A stretch of DNA of 62,657 bases, the filler included. It is 12 parts of 12 records of this genome, joined end to end, with 100 filler letters (N's around TTAATTAATTAA, not from the genome) between each part and the next. Parts side by side here need not be neighbours in the genome. Positions count along the whole stretch, not along the records: positions 31,325 to 41,634 come from SRR7504441_16404; positions 41,735 to 45,111 come from SRR7504441_16408; positions 45,212 to 49,005 come from SRR7504441_16414; 9 more parts are not named here. One strand, written 5' to 3'. The translations under genes were made by a program, and so were the position numbers. Positions within the stretch are counted from its first letter, which is position 1. Each line of letters starts with the position of its first letter. Below the pieces are notes generated by a model. The model was not told the DNA's origin. It did no database searches and saw only the letters and a list, made by a program, of their open reading frames with translations. Positions 33,628 through 45,335 of the stretch are shown piece after piece.

Positions 33628-36600
33628 ATGAAACGCAAGGCGGAGGATGTCCCCGCGGACAAGCGGGCTCGCCGGGCCGACGCCGAGCAGCGGGACACCG
33701 GATGCGCGGTCTGCTTGGTCGAGCCGTCCGCCGGCGAAAGCCCCGCCAGCTACCGCAACACGCTCATGCTGGCCGTGCTCTCCTCTCTCGAGCCGATCGC
33801 CAAGCAACACGGCGCCGCACCGCCCCGGGGCGCGGCCGAGCCGGGCGGGCAGGTCTGGCGGACCACTTGGACCGATGCGCCGGGATGGTGTCGGATGTTG
33901 AAAACTTTGAGCTGCTGATGCTCGATCTGACAGACCTGCAGCCCGGGCACGGCGAGTTCGCGTTCGCAGCCGAGGCCAAGCGGCTGGTCGGCCTGGCCCA
34001 GGATCGGTTCAAGGCATACCTGGTAGCCCGCGACGCGGCGGCTGCCCGGATGAGCTGGCCGGCGGCAGGATCCCAAGTCTGCGGCTGGGCCGGAGCAGGC
34101 GGTGAACGTCGAGGAGTACCTGGCGGAGGAGGACGAGACCCTCGAGGGCATCGCGCGCAAGCTGAACGTGGACCTGGTTGTGCTGCTCGCGGTCAACCAG
34201 CCGCGGTACAAGGGCCTCGGCCCTTCGTCGCGGCTGATGCGAGGGACCTCGATCATCTACCCCACGGGCAACCTGCTCGCCAAACCGGATGCCGGCCCAG
34301 CCGAGTCCGCCCGGCCGGCCAAGGAACGCGCGGCCAAGAACAAGGCTGCTGCGCCGTCTGGGGCCAAGCCAGTCAAAACCAACTTACTGCGGAGTGGTTG
34401 GAGGCAGAAGCAGAGCAACGCTGCGAGCAAGCAACCGCCAAAGCCGTCAGCCAACCGCAAGCCGCGGACAAAGCCCACGCGGCGTGAAGCAGCCGTGAGC
34501 AGTGGAGCCGACCTCTCCCCGGATGGGATCTGCCTGTATTCAGACGTAGTGCCAGGCTCGCTCCAGTGCCAGATCTGTGGCCTGCGCGCAGTGCAAGATG
34601 CAGAGATGCTCATGTGCGGGCACACGTTCTGTGGGCTGTGTGTGGAGTCGCTGGTTGGCAAAAAGTCAACTGAGGTGAGCTGTCCTGTCTGCAAAGAGAC
34701 TGTGCCGCACAGCAGGAGTCGACCATGCTCTGTGCCTAACCAGATGGTCCGTGGCATGGTCGGCTGCCTGCAGATCTTCTGCCGGCATGCAGTCACAGTC
34801 GATACAAACGGCAAGTGGGTGCTCAAGGAGGGCGGGTGCGCCGAAGTTCTTTCGAGAGGCTCCCGGATGTTTCACGAGTCGCAGTGCCGGCACAGCAAGC
34901 TGCCAGGACTCGGCACGCGGGTGCTTGCCTTTGACGCCCATGCCGGACTTTACTTTGAGGCCGATGTCGTCGAGGTTGAGTCCGTGAAGGGAGCACGGGT
35001 ACAGTGGCTGGCTCGGAAGAAGGAGTCAGACTGGCTTTCAGCAGGCCAGATCATCACCGAGGGCTTCCCGATTGGAAAGTTTGTGGAGCAGGGCCGGGCT
35101 TACGGCGGCCTGCCAGTGGCAAACGAATCAAAGGAGCCTGCTACCGTGATTGATGCGCGGGTGTCGGTGTGGTGGCCGGCAGATAACGACTCGTACCAGG
35201 GGAGAGTGACAGCGTACCAGAAGGAAGAGGGCACATACACAGTCAAATACGACGATGGGAGCGACGAGCAGATACAGCTGGGTGAGAGCCACATCCAGTG
35301 GCTCAGCGAAGAGGAGGAGGCCGGCACGCTCGACTGGAATGCCATTGCCGTGCAAGTGTCGCGGCAGGCAGCCTCAGAGCTCGAGCCGCCAACCCTCCCG
35401 GAGGCATCTGCAGAGCCAAAGAGGAGCACACGCTTGTCCGCACTGCAGGCTAGTTCTGTGGGTCAAGGTTCAAGTGCCGCAGCGGAGCTGGCAGCACACC
35501 AGAACCCGTGTCGCGCTAGTGAAGTGGACCTGGGCAGATGGCTCAATGTGTTCTTCCCAAAGGATGGGCAGTGGTATTCTGGGGTTGTCAAGTCTTATGA
35601 CATGATGCTAGAGGAGCACGTGCTGAGGTACACCGACGGCGACCAAATCGGGCATAACCTGGATAAGGAGCGGTTCGTACTGGCCAAGTCGCGGGGCGAG
35701 TGTACTAAGATGTGCAAGAGCATGAATGCTGGCCTCGAGCTTGGGATGCCCGAGCTCGAGCCGGAGCCGGAGCCGGAGCTTGAGACCGGGCTGCAGCAAG
35801 GTTGGGCCAAGAAACTCAGGCCACCGAAGCCGCAGCCCAAGCCCATTGCAATCTTGGAAGAGGAGCCCGAGGACCCGGATCATTGCATTCTTTGTGGCGG
35901 GAAAGCTAGAGAAGAGCCAGGTTGGCAGTTCATTAAGACATCTGGATTCATGGCCCATGAAATCTGCTTGAAACACACACCAGAAGTCTCGTTCAGTGGC
36001 GGCAAGGTGATGGGGCTGAAAGAAGCCGTCAAGCGTGGGAAGCACTCGACCTGCGCACACTGCAATAAGAAAGGCGCGACAATATCATGCAGCACAGTAT
36101 CGTGCAAGTCCTCATATCATCTGCCTTGCATCAAACTTGCAAAGGCCCATCACCAGGGCGATGGAGCAGGGCGCGGTTTCTACACGCTGTGCAGTACATG
36201 CCTGGAGGTCTTCAAAGACCCGCAAGGCAACCCTCCAATGGTGACAACTGAGCCAGATCTCGACTCTGACGCTGTCATGTATTGCGAGCCTTGCTCGCTG
36301 CAGCCGTACACTGGTCCAATCAGTTTTAATCGCCCTGCCCATCAGCGTCGTGGTGCTGCAATCGAGTCAGATTCCGAGACTGAGACTGACGACGAGCCTG
36401 CAGTGCCGAGAATGAGCCGCAGAGAGCTGCATACCATTGACTGTGTGGGTGCTGCAACAGACAACGTGAAAGAGAAGACAGTGACGCTGCTACACCAGCA
36501 GATGGCTGTTTGGTATCAGCTGCACATACACTTAGAGCGCGAGGGCATTGCAATTAAGCATTTCCCGACGATTTGCTACAAGCCGGTGGATCTGGCCAAG

Positions 36601-38184
36601 CTATGGAATTTAGTAGATAAGGCTGGAGGCTATGATGCAATATGTAACTCTGATCCATGTACTTTCCCCGACAGCGACGGCAACGCCTCACAGTGGTCAG
36701 GAGGTTCCTAACACCATCTGTACGCCTTGAGTGATCCTCTGTGCTGCAGGTTGGGAAGGCCTGGTAGAGCCCATGGAACTTCTCGGCTTGGATGTGCTAC
36801 CTCATCGGAAGCTCAAGTTGAAGTCTTTCTACGAAAAATACCTTGCCGACTTTAAGCCTGTGAGAGAAGTGGTCGATGGTCAGCAACAGGTGAAGCTAGT
36901 CCAACAGCCAGGATGGGAATACATCCGATGTGTTTGTGGACACGCCCACCGCACGTAAGCAGAGCCCTTCCAACAACACAAATTAAGCTGCCCGTGTTGT
37001 TTGGCAGGCCGTTGGAGCATCTAGTCGAGTGCAAGACCTGCATCCAGCCGGGCATGATGACAATGGCACAGTGTGTTGTATGCAACTGCTGGCAGCACGT
37101 GAGCTGCGCGGTCGCCAATGGATTGGTCACTGCAGACCAAGCCAAGAACCTCGTCTCCCTTGACTATGTTTGCAACATGTGTGCTCCTTTGGACCCTGGG
37201 AATCCAGAGTCGCTGCGCGCCAAGGTGCGCTCCCAAATCCAGCAAGTCAGGCAGTGAGGTTGCATGCTGGCAGCTCGGAATGGGCGTGACCGATGAGGAT
37301 TTCTTCCAATGTCGGCTCGTCACACAACAACACAAGAAGCTGCTCAATTATGAGCTGCCTGAGCACTTCACCTACCAGTTCCTGGTAGGTTCCTCAGCAA
37401 TGCTTGCAGCTCACTTGCCTGTTCCAGTGGCGAGTTACTGACTACGGCAAGAGCGACTACTATATCCACGAAGGAGATACCTGCTTTAACGGCATGCACG
37501 ACCCATCAGTGATTCGTAGCGGGCCTCACCTTGAAGAGCGCCTTGGCTTGGCAAAACCAAAGGCTGGTGGCCGCTCTTATGGCAAAGCAATCAAGACCAA
37601 AGGTGTCTGCCTGCATGAGCCATCAGCATAAGCGTTTGGTTCCAGGAACACACTTTGGACAGAAGAAGAAGAAGAAAGCTGGCAGGCCACCAGCTGCTAA
37701 CAGTGCAAAGCGAGAGGTAGCGAACAGCAGTGCAGGCCCGTCGGGCACCAGTGCAAGACCACGAAGGGCTAGTCAAGCTGCCTCTAAGGATGAGCCTGAC
37801 CTCAAGAAAGCGCTGCTCGTCTTGGAGGACGATTTGGAATCTTGGTTACAGGATACAAGCCCAGCCCCAAAGCCAACAGCGGCTCAGAGCCAGACCCCCA
37901 ATAAGGAGCCTGCTGCTGAGCTTGTAACTGAACCGATTGGAGCCGAAGCAACCCCTGTAGAGCATGCAGAATGCGTCCAAGGAGAAGCATCCACTTTGGA
38001 GTCTATTCTGACTCAGGTTGGGCTGGCCCATTTGGTGCCTTTGTTCCAGAAAGAGGATGTGGACTTGGACGCATTCTACATGCTCAACGAGGGTTGCTTT
38101 ACTGAGTTGGGGATCAAACGGGCGGATCAAGCGGAGCTAATGAAGATCATCAATCACCACGAGGACGGCGATGAGTATATTTGA
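33628..38184 (+). CDS. Multidomain chromatin protein: LysM, RING, TRAF-type Zn finger, 3 Tudor-like, extended PHD, ARID, PHD, SAM
   Basis: ETLEGIARKLNV (LysM); CQIC..CGHTFC..C..CPVC; VSVWWP..YQG..YTVKYDDG; CAHCNKKGATISC..YHLPC; KPVDLAKLW..V...GG..LKSFYEKYL; WQHVSC..YVCNMC; GLAHLVPLFQKEDVD..ELGI. Confidence 0.8.
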
Positions 38185-38305
38185 GCTGACAATGATACAA
38201 TTGACAATGATACTCAAGTACTCACAACTCCAACCGACTTTATTGAACATTCGTAATATTAAATCTTATACTCGTAATTGCACATTCTTCAGTCTTTGAA
38301 TTAAT

Positions 38306-39830
38306 TTAAAACGTATTCCTGTGCGTGTTCAATCTCTCTCGGGCCGAGAGTTGGCTATGCGTCGGTGGTAGTGCTTTCAAGACGCCTCGTCTTTTACTAG
38401 GTAGCGGTGTGTGTGGCACCCCGGCAACACCACGGGAAACTGGTGGGCTCACAAAAGTCTGGACAAACTGGCTCTGAGATAAGCTGCCACTCTTGTCGGT
38501 GTTATAATGCTGAAACAGCTTGCGAGAATCCCGGCGTGTCACTGGTAGCCCTGCAACAAGTCATCAGAGTTTGAGCATGTTTGAGAGATGGCGCTTACCA
38601 AGCTCTAGCAGCCGCTCATTAAATGTCGGCTGTCGAAGATCGCACGTCCTTCGGAAGGTCTCGTACGCGAGCTTCTGAGCCTTAGGGTGTGCCAATATTC
38701 TCCGTTTGGCACCATCAACTATCTGAGCCACCATTTCGGCAGTAGCTGGCCTGGACCGGCAGTCAGCAAACAGCACGAAAAGTTATGACGCACCGGTCCT
38801 CAATCTTTCGCAGGGCGCTTCGAGGCATACGAAGTACCCTGTCGATGAAATCCATGTAACCCATTGAACCTTTCCCGCCAGCATACAAGTCCAATAGCAG
38901 CGACGCTGAGTCCTTCTTTTCCATCTGGCAATTGAAATCTCTCACCTGGCGATGCATGAGACGGACTACAAGGAAACACACGCCCACCATCAGCCGCATT
39001 TCGTCGTACGCGATGTTGCCCGAGCCGTCTAAATCATATCGCTGGAAGAACTCAAGAATCCGTGCCGGAGAAGCGGCAGCTCGCTCACAATTGCGTCTCA
39101 GTAGCATAACAATCGGGTGCTTTGCACGTACAGCTGTGTCGCGAGGCTCCGTCTTCGAGGTGCGCTTTGGCCTCGACATTTGCAGCAGCTCTCGGACGAA
39201 TTCATTGTATTCGAGGAAACCATCCGAGTTGTGATCAAACGCATCAAACAGGCAATCCAGCTCGTGCCGCTGCAGGTGGACATCGCAGTCGGCAACCACG
39301 TTGAACAGATGGTCCCGGTCCAGCATCTGCCCGCGGCCCGGCCTGCGGAGCACTCTGGCCAGAGCCTGGCCCACATCGAATAGGGCCCGGCGGCACTTGA
39401 GCCGGAACCGAGCGTCCAGCTGCTCAACGGTGGTCGATGCCGGGAGCAGGGGCAGCTCCTGATTGAAAATGTTGCCGCTGGAGTGCTTTTTGGTCTTGTG
39501 CTTGGTGTCTATCAGCGGCTCGGCGAAGCTCTCGGGAAGCCCACAGAGTTTGTGTACAAAGTCACGGTAGTTGATCTGGTGGCTGCCGGTGCCCGAGAAC
39601 GCCTTGAGCAGCCGGTCGCAGTCGGCCTGCGGTAGCTGCACTTTGAGCACCCGGTTGATTGCCTCATAGAACTGGGCCGCGCTGATCACGTTCAGGTCCC
39701 GGTGGTCCCCGAAGCTGCGCCAGAGGTCCCGAATCGCAGACTTGTCCCGCATCACCAGCGCCTGCACACGCTGCCGGAACATCGAGTGGATCTGCCTGAA
39801 GCCCGGCCGGCTGCCGCCAGCTCCCGTCAT
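38306..39830 (-). CDS. Multi-EF-hand calcium-binding protein, multi-exon
   Basis: DHNSDGFLEYNEF, DLDGSGNIAYDEM, NTDKSGSLSQSQF. Confidence 0.85.
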
Positions 39831-39904
39831 GCTCGACCAACTATTCCACGAACTCCCCCGCGGGCATTGTCCAGATATAGGACAGCAACGGCCGTAACGG
39901 ACTC

Positions 39905-40963
39905 ATGGTGTTCGGACTGGGCTCGTCCTCGATGGGCGCCGGGTCGTTCTTCGTCGGGATGGCCAACGTGGTGGGGACAGTCTGGCTGCTGGCTGGCTAC
40001 CCGCAGCACTACTTTGTGTACCACCTGCTCAAGAACACGCTCCACCTGCTCATCCGCACCCGGCACTTTGCGTCCATGAACTGGTCGTACTTCATGATGG
40101 AGTTCTGCTACATCGTCAACTTCGCCTCGTTTGCCTACATCATCGTCTGCGTGGCCAAAGCCAATCTGCCCTGGCTCAGCTTCCTTCGGCCTGCCCTCGA
40201 CCCGCTGGGGCCGGCAATATTCAGGGTGGGGTTCACCTGGTCCAGCGGGGTGCTCGCCGCCTCGGTGGCCATATTCAAAAACTCGCTGGTGCTGCACGAC
40301 GTCAACCACATGGGAATCCTGGCCGTGCACGTCGGCCCGCCGCTGGTCATGTGGACCATGCGCTGGTACACCGATCTGTTCGCCCGCGACTGGCCCGACA
40401 CGTTCAACACCGGCTGCGAGCAGACCGACTGCCCGGGCAGCCTGTTTGGGCTGGTGCTGCTGCCCACTGGGCTTTACCTGCTCTGTTGGTGCCTGCCGTA
40501 CTTCCTGGTACAGTTTATCCTGGACGAAGAAGAGATCCGTGAGTCTAATCAAATGACGATGTACCGGTACTACCAGGAGTCGCTCGAGGGAGCGCTGTTC
40601 CGGCACATATTCGAGGCCAAGACCGAGAAGCGGGTGTACAAGCGTCGGGCGGCCGTGTACATGTTGATCCACCTCGGGATCTTCCTGGCCTGCTCATTGA
40701 TAGCCTACGCAGTGTTCTTCTCATTCGTGCTGCACACGGCGTGGCTGGCCGGTCTGTGTGCAGTCAGCGTGTGGAATGGCGGCACTTACTATTTCGAGGT
40801 CTGCATGTCCAAGGAGAAGATATTGAACAAAGCCTCAGTCGAAGAGCTCAGGGCCGTGCTAGAGGCAAAGGAAGCTGAAGCCCGCGATGAGCAGGAGAGG
40901 GTGGACGAGGACTCGCGGTTGAAGGAGCAGATGCGCAAACTCGCGCAGAAAAAGGATTGGTGA
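39905..40963 (+). CDS. Glycerophosphocholine acyltransferase-like (GPC1/DUF2838) membrane protein
   Basis: YFMMEFCY..N, NSLVLHD....LAVH..P, SVWNGGTYY; multi-TM and intronless. Confidence 0.8.
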   Translation: MVFGLGSSSMGAGSFFVGMANVVGTVWLLAGYPQHYFVYHLLKNTLHLLIRTRHFASMNWSYFMMEFCYIVNFASFAYIIVCVAKANLPWLSFLRPALDPLGPAIFRVGFTWSSGVLAASVAIFKNSLVLHDVNHMGILAVHVGPPLVMWTMRWYTDLFARDWPDTFNTGCEQTDCPGSLFGLVLLPTGLYLLCWCLPYFLVQFILDEEEIRESNQMTMYRYYQESLEGALFRHIFEAKTEKRVYKRRAAVYMLIHLGIFLACSLIAYAVFFSFVLHTAWLAGLCAVSVWNGGTYYFEVCMSKEKILNKASVEELRAVLEAKEAEARDEQERVDEDSRLKEQMRKLAQKKDW

Positions 40964-41233
40964 TCTTCCATTATAGTGTAACATAGGAACTTGCTTTACT
41001 TTCAAATGCTAGAATGCTCACTTATAATGTGCATTGATCGATGCTTAGCTTTATATAATTACGCATTTAATACTTGTACATGTACTGTACAATGTCTGGT
41101 CTGTACAATCATGACCGAGCGGACACACAATTTAAGTACAATTTAGTTTACATCAATATTACGGTATCGTGATCGGGATTGGAATAGGATTGGAACGCCA
41201 TGGTGTTACCCGATGATCCAGCGGCCTGCAGGT

Positions 41234-41634
41234 CTACTCGAGTTCCTTCTTGTTGTGCCTCCACAAGAAGCTATTTGGGTCGCCCTTATATTTGTCAAAG
41301 AACTCTCCGTGCCCCTTGATGATCGCTTGGATGTCCGGCTTGGTTACATCCACTACCTTGCTTAGCGTGCACTTGGTCTTGTTCAGGGCGTCCTCTTGGG
41401 CTCGCTGCTGAATCTCGGCCATCTTGCCTGGCTTAAACACCTGCCACTGCCTCAACTGAGCTGCAGCCAGCCCCCTGACCTTCTTCCCGCGGCTTTCTCC
41501 AGACCGCACGGTGGTCGTATACTGCAGGTAGCAGTCGGTCCGCCGGTGTCGGAGCCCACACTGGAGCTCCTGCACCCCCCTTGCACCGCGCTCTCGTGCC
41601 CGACAGTTCGGGTTCTATTGTAGGCTTCTACGCC
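41234..41634 (-). CDS. 3' part of an unknown protein
   Basis: Open frame with a probable ~39-nt GT-AG intron, ending ..FLWRHNKKELE*. Confidence 0.4.
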
Positions 41635-41734
41635 NNNNNNNNNNNNNNNNNNNNNNNNNNNNNNNNNNNNNNNNNNNNTTAATTAATTAANNNNNNNNNN
41701 NNNNNNNNNNNNNNNNNNNNNNNNNNNNNNNNNN

Positions 41735-42712
41735 GCGGCCAGTGGATGGACGCTACAGCTGCACTGCGGTCGCACCGGTTGTGATGACGCCCCGCTTGCC
41801 TTTGCCCACAGCTGGGTGCAGAGATCCTAGGCAGATCGCGCAGTCATCATCTTGTTGGGGTCGAGATGCATCAATCAGATTAAGAACGGAGGCTTGATCC
41901 CAGTCTCTGTTCGGAGAGCCTGATGTAGCGCTAGGTGAATTGGCAGGACTGCAGGGCTGGTGTTACCGAGTTCGATCCCCAGCTCGTTGGCCGCAATCGC
42001 CATGAGATCACTGAGGGGCAGATCGCTGAGGCTGCGTGGTGGGCTCGAGTAATCGTCAGGCACGTCGAGCCGCCACTCGCCTGCTGAAATTGGTCGAGGG
42101 TCTGGTTACACAGCCGCCATACCGCTCTGGACGTGATAGTACAGCTCAGTGGACTCAAGCTCTAGCGCTAGCCTCTGCCAGCCCTCCTCGGTGGCGACGG
42201 CCGTGATCGACTGGTGCAGGATCGTGCGGATCAGAGCATCGGCGCCACTACGATTGGGGCATTCTGGGTCCTGAGCCACGCAGAGCAAGCCGGGCAGCAG
42301 CAGCTTCAGCGCCGCGTGATTCCGAGGCCGCTCCGCGAGGTTTTCTATGATCGCGAGGAGGAGCGACGTCTCCTGGCCGGTGGTCAATCGCGGCCGCCCG
42401 CTGGCTGTACTTCATCACGCGTGCTGTGGAGGTGCATGCTAGGGAGGTGGAGGTGGAGGCGCCGCGGCATTTGCAGAAAGTCGCGTGCGACGTGCGCTAG
42501 CCTGGGCCCGCCGCTGACGCACATCGGGAAACTGAGGGGCGGGCCTACTTGAAGTCGTGCAGTATCTCCGCATCGTGCTCCTCGTCCTCGCTCATATCCT
42601 TTACGAGTTCGAGCAGGCCAGCACGTCGAGACGATGGGACTGTCTCGCGCGAGCCCCAGGCCAGAAACCACTGGCTGATGCGCCCCCCCGCGTCTGTCCC
42701 GAGCATGTCCAT
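41735..42712 (-). CDS. Multi-exon protein with the start of a RING finger, 3'-truncated
   Basis: Exons joined by GT-AG introns; DDDCAICLGSL near the contig edge. Confidence 0.45.
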
Positions 42713-42766
42713 CTCAGCAAACTTCCGTTGTTGCCGCCCAAAGCGCCCAGGCAGGAAGAGCACTGG

Positions 42767-43112
42767 ATGGGCAACGACTGCGGGTGCCACAGGAACGGCT
42801 GGCTGTCGTCGGCGCAGGAGAACGGGACCCGGCAGCTGAGCCAGGGCCAGGACGCCGAGCAGCGGCTAGCGCGGTTGGCCCGCCAGCAGCAGGAGCGGCG
42901 GGCTGAGAAGAAAACACCAATGCAGTCATCCGCCCCCTTCACAAGCTACCGCACCGCCGACCCCGGGGACTGATGCTCTCGGTCCGCCGGACACAGACTA
43001 CTGGCGCCCAGACATGTGGCATCCGGGGGCCCACCGCGGTGTGTTTGAGCCCGAGGACGCCGAGCCCGCCGAGCCCGAGGACGCCGAGCCCTGCCAGGCC
43101 GGGTATCTATGA
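42767..43112 (+). CDS. Small unknown protein, probably one intron
   Basis: Helical exon QRLARLARQQQERR, then YWRPDMWHPG..EPEDAEPAEPEDAEP in another frame after a CTGAT..CAG acceptor. Confidence 0.35.
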
Positions 43113-43411
43113 GAGTCACGAACAGGCGTGCTGTGCACCGGGAGCGAGGCCTACACGTGTGCAATCTCGGCAGCTCCACGCAACAGTACGCCTTGCCTTG
43201 CCCGGTCATTGCTACACCGAGAACAATATTTAATAAGTCGGCAACTAATCTACTTTATCAAGATACATCATCACGCACACGTAGTGGCATGCAAGACAAG
43301 GCGACGGCACTGCTAATTCTGCTTTTAGTACTAAAATACAACCACTATGCTGTGCATCTATGTTTCCGGCTCCTGGATGACTCGTAGATCGGAGATCATT
43401 GGACACCCTGA

Positions 43412-44305
43412 TCAAACAGTCGCGCCCTGGGCATGTTTGCGCCCGTAGCACTCCTTGGCGCACTCGGCCACACAGTTCCCAAACGGCGCGCCTGTGCTCG
43501 GTGGTGGGCATTGGGCCATGCAAGCCAGGAAACTGCCTCCCGGGCACGGGCCTGGCGGCTTGGGCGGCCCAGGTGGTGCCGGCCCGGGCGGGCTGGGTGG
43601 CGGCGGCTTGGGCGGGCTGGGCGGCTTGGGCGGGCTGGGCGGCTTGGGGTGCGGCGGCGCTGTGTTTGGCACGAGCCATTTGTCCGGGAGCACCGCGTAG
43701 CTGAACCTGCAGAAGGGCAGCTGGCTCACCGCCTGGCGAAGCGTCAAGTTGGCATTCACGCCCGGCCGGACAGCGTCACACGGCTCGGCCGGGCAGTCCG
43801 GCCCCGGCTGTACGAAAGACTGGAGCAGCTGGGCGTCGGGGCCTTGGCCGAGCAGGACGGCAACGTGCCCCTGGTCGCCCACGTCGCGGTACGGCCGGCC
43901 GAGCAGCGTGCCGCGCGGGTATTGCTTGGTCAGATCGAACGGCTCGGCCAGCTTGGCGAACGCCCGGCCGTACGAGCCGGTACCGCCACAGCACTGGCCG
44001 CACTCCGGGTCCGGCTGGGGCAGGTGGTCGCACGGGATCGAGCCGTTGATCGCTCGGAGCATCAGGTTGGTCACGCCGGCGCAGAACACCGATCCCGCCC
44101 GCACCTGGGCCAGCGGGGGCGGGGGGCCGTCCTGGGCCCAGGCCGGCGGGCCGGGAGGGATCGGACCGCCGCGCCACCAGCCGTAACGGGTGCCCACCAG
44201 CCGGGTGGCGTAGCTCAGGGCCACGTCGACCACCGAGGGCGAACTGCCAGCCGCTGCGGCCAGCCAGAGGAGCAGCCAGAGCGCGCCTAGCCGGTGTTGC
44301 GCCAT
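43412..44305 (-). CDS. Secreted NlpC/P60-like cysteine hydrolase with Pro-rich linker and Cys-rich tail
   Basis: Signal peptide; VGTRYGWW, VFCAG, GGT, RGTLL, QGHVAV, LLQS; PKPPS repeats; CPGGS..C...C..C...C...C. Confidence 0.7.
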   Translation of the reverse strand: MAQHRLGALWLLLWLAAAAGSSPSVVDVALSYATRLVGTRYGWWRGGPIPPGPPAWAQDGPPPPLAQVRAGSVFCAGVTNLMLRAINGSIPCDHLPQPDPECGQCCGGTGSYGRAFAKLAEPFDLTKQYPRGTLLGRPYRDVGDQGHVAVLLGQGPDAQLLQSFVQPGPDCPAEPCDAVRPGVNANLTLRQAVSQLPFCRFSYAVLPDKWLVPNTAPPHPKPPSPPKPPSPPKPPPPSPPGPAPPGPPKPPGPCPGGSFLACMAQCPPPSTGAPFGNCVAECAKECYGRKHAQGATV

Positions 44306-44375
44306 GTGAGATTGAGGCGCCGCCGGCTTGTTAAACTTGTGACGCCGCGGTTCCGTTGTGGAACAATCGGTCGAG

Positions 44376-44600
44376 ATGGCTCCGTCGGGCCGGTCGAGCG
44401 GGCTGGTGTCGATCGCCCTGTTTGCGCTGGCGCTGGTGCCGTGGCAGATGCTGGCCAAGCTGACCCTGGCCGGCTGCTTCATCGTGTTCGCGTTCGTGCC
44501 CGACGCGGTGGTCCGGCTCGCTTGCTGCGGGATGTGCGGCGCGGTGCTGGCGATGGACAAGCTCCGCCGGCACTGGCAGCAGCACCAGCCCGACGACTAA
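44376..44600 (+). CDS. Small membrane protein (74 aa)
   Basis: ATG-TAA ORF with 2-3 hydrophobic segments, divergent from the previous gene. Confidence 0.45.
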   Translation: MAPSGRSSGLVSIALFALALVPWQMLAKLTLAGCFIVFAFVPDAVVRLACCGMCGAVLAMDKLRRHWQQHQPDD

Positions 44601-44633
44601 ACATCCCTTTAAATCGTCTCTTTATTTAATTGT

Positions 44634-45111
44634 TTAATGCGGCGATGGAGCGCCTGCCGGGCGCAGGTGCCTGTGCCAGCACCACTGGCACTTGCCGGTC
44701 CGCTCGTACCGCACCCAGAACCGCACGCTCTGCCCGTCGGCCCCCAGCACCGCCTCCTCCAGCCCGGCCGGGTGCCACTGCCCGTCCGGCCCGTAAGGGT
44801 CCTGCGCCAGCACCGCCCCGCCCACCCGCACCCCCGCCGGCAGCCGCTCCGCCGCAGGCAGCCGGGACAGCTGGGCTACCGACACCCAGCCCAGGCTCAA
44901 GTCCTGGTCGAACTGCACCTGGATGCTCTTGCCCCGCCGGCCGGGCTCCTGCCCCAGCACCACTGCGTCCCACCGCCGCTTGCCCCACCTCACTGCCACT
45001 GCCTCGTGCACCCCTAGCCCGGCCCGCAGCAGGCACTCCGGCTCGTGCGCCTCCACCACCGCCCGCACCCGATGCTCAAACCCGCACCCGTACTCGCACT
45101 CATACTCCTCC
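44634..45111 (-). CDS. 3' part of a protein with tandem Tudor/SH3-like domains
   Basis: VAVRW..RWDAVVL..IQVQFD..WV and GQWHPA..FWVRYE..QW. Confidence 0.5.
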
Positions 45112-45335
45112 NNNNNNNNNNNNNNNNNNNNNNNNNNNNNNNNNNNNNNNNNNNNTTAATTAATTAANNNNNNNNNNNNNNNNNNNNNNNNNNNNNNNNN
45201 NNNNNNNNNNNCCTACTCAGAGCACTTCGCCGGCCCCTTGTGGCCTGCTCAGAGCACTTCCCGGGGCGATTTGAGCGCCCAACGGCACATCTTCGGTTGT
45301 GCACCGGCATCGGCCAGGCGCTCGCCGGCAAGGGG

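Noticed and set aside
42971-42973. TGA-TGC as a possible Sec-Cys pair
   Set aside because: No redox context and no convincing SECIS downstream; CTGAT fits a branch point before a CAG acceptor.
43555-43650. ggcggcttgggcgggctg tandem repeat
   Set aside because: It encodes the PKPPSP linker of the NlpC/P60-like protein.
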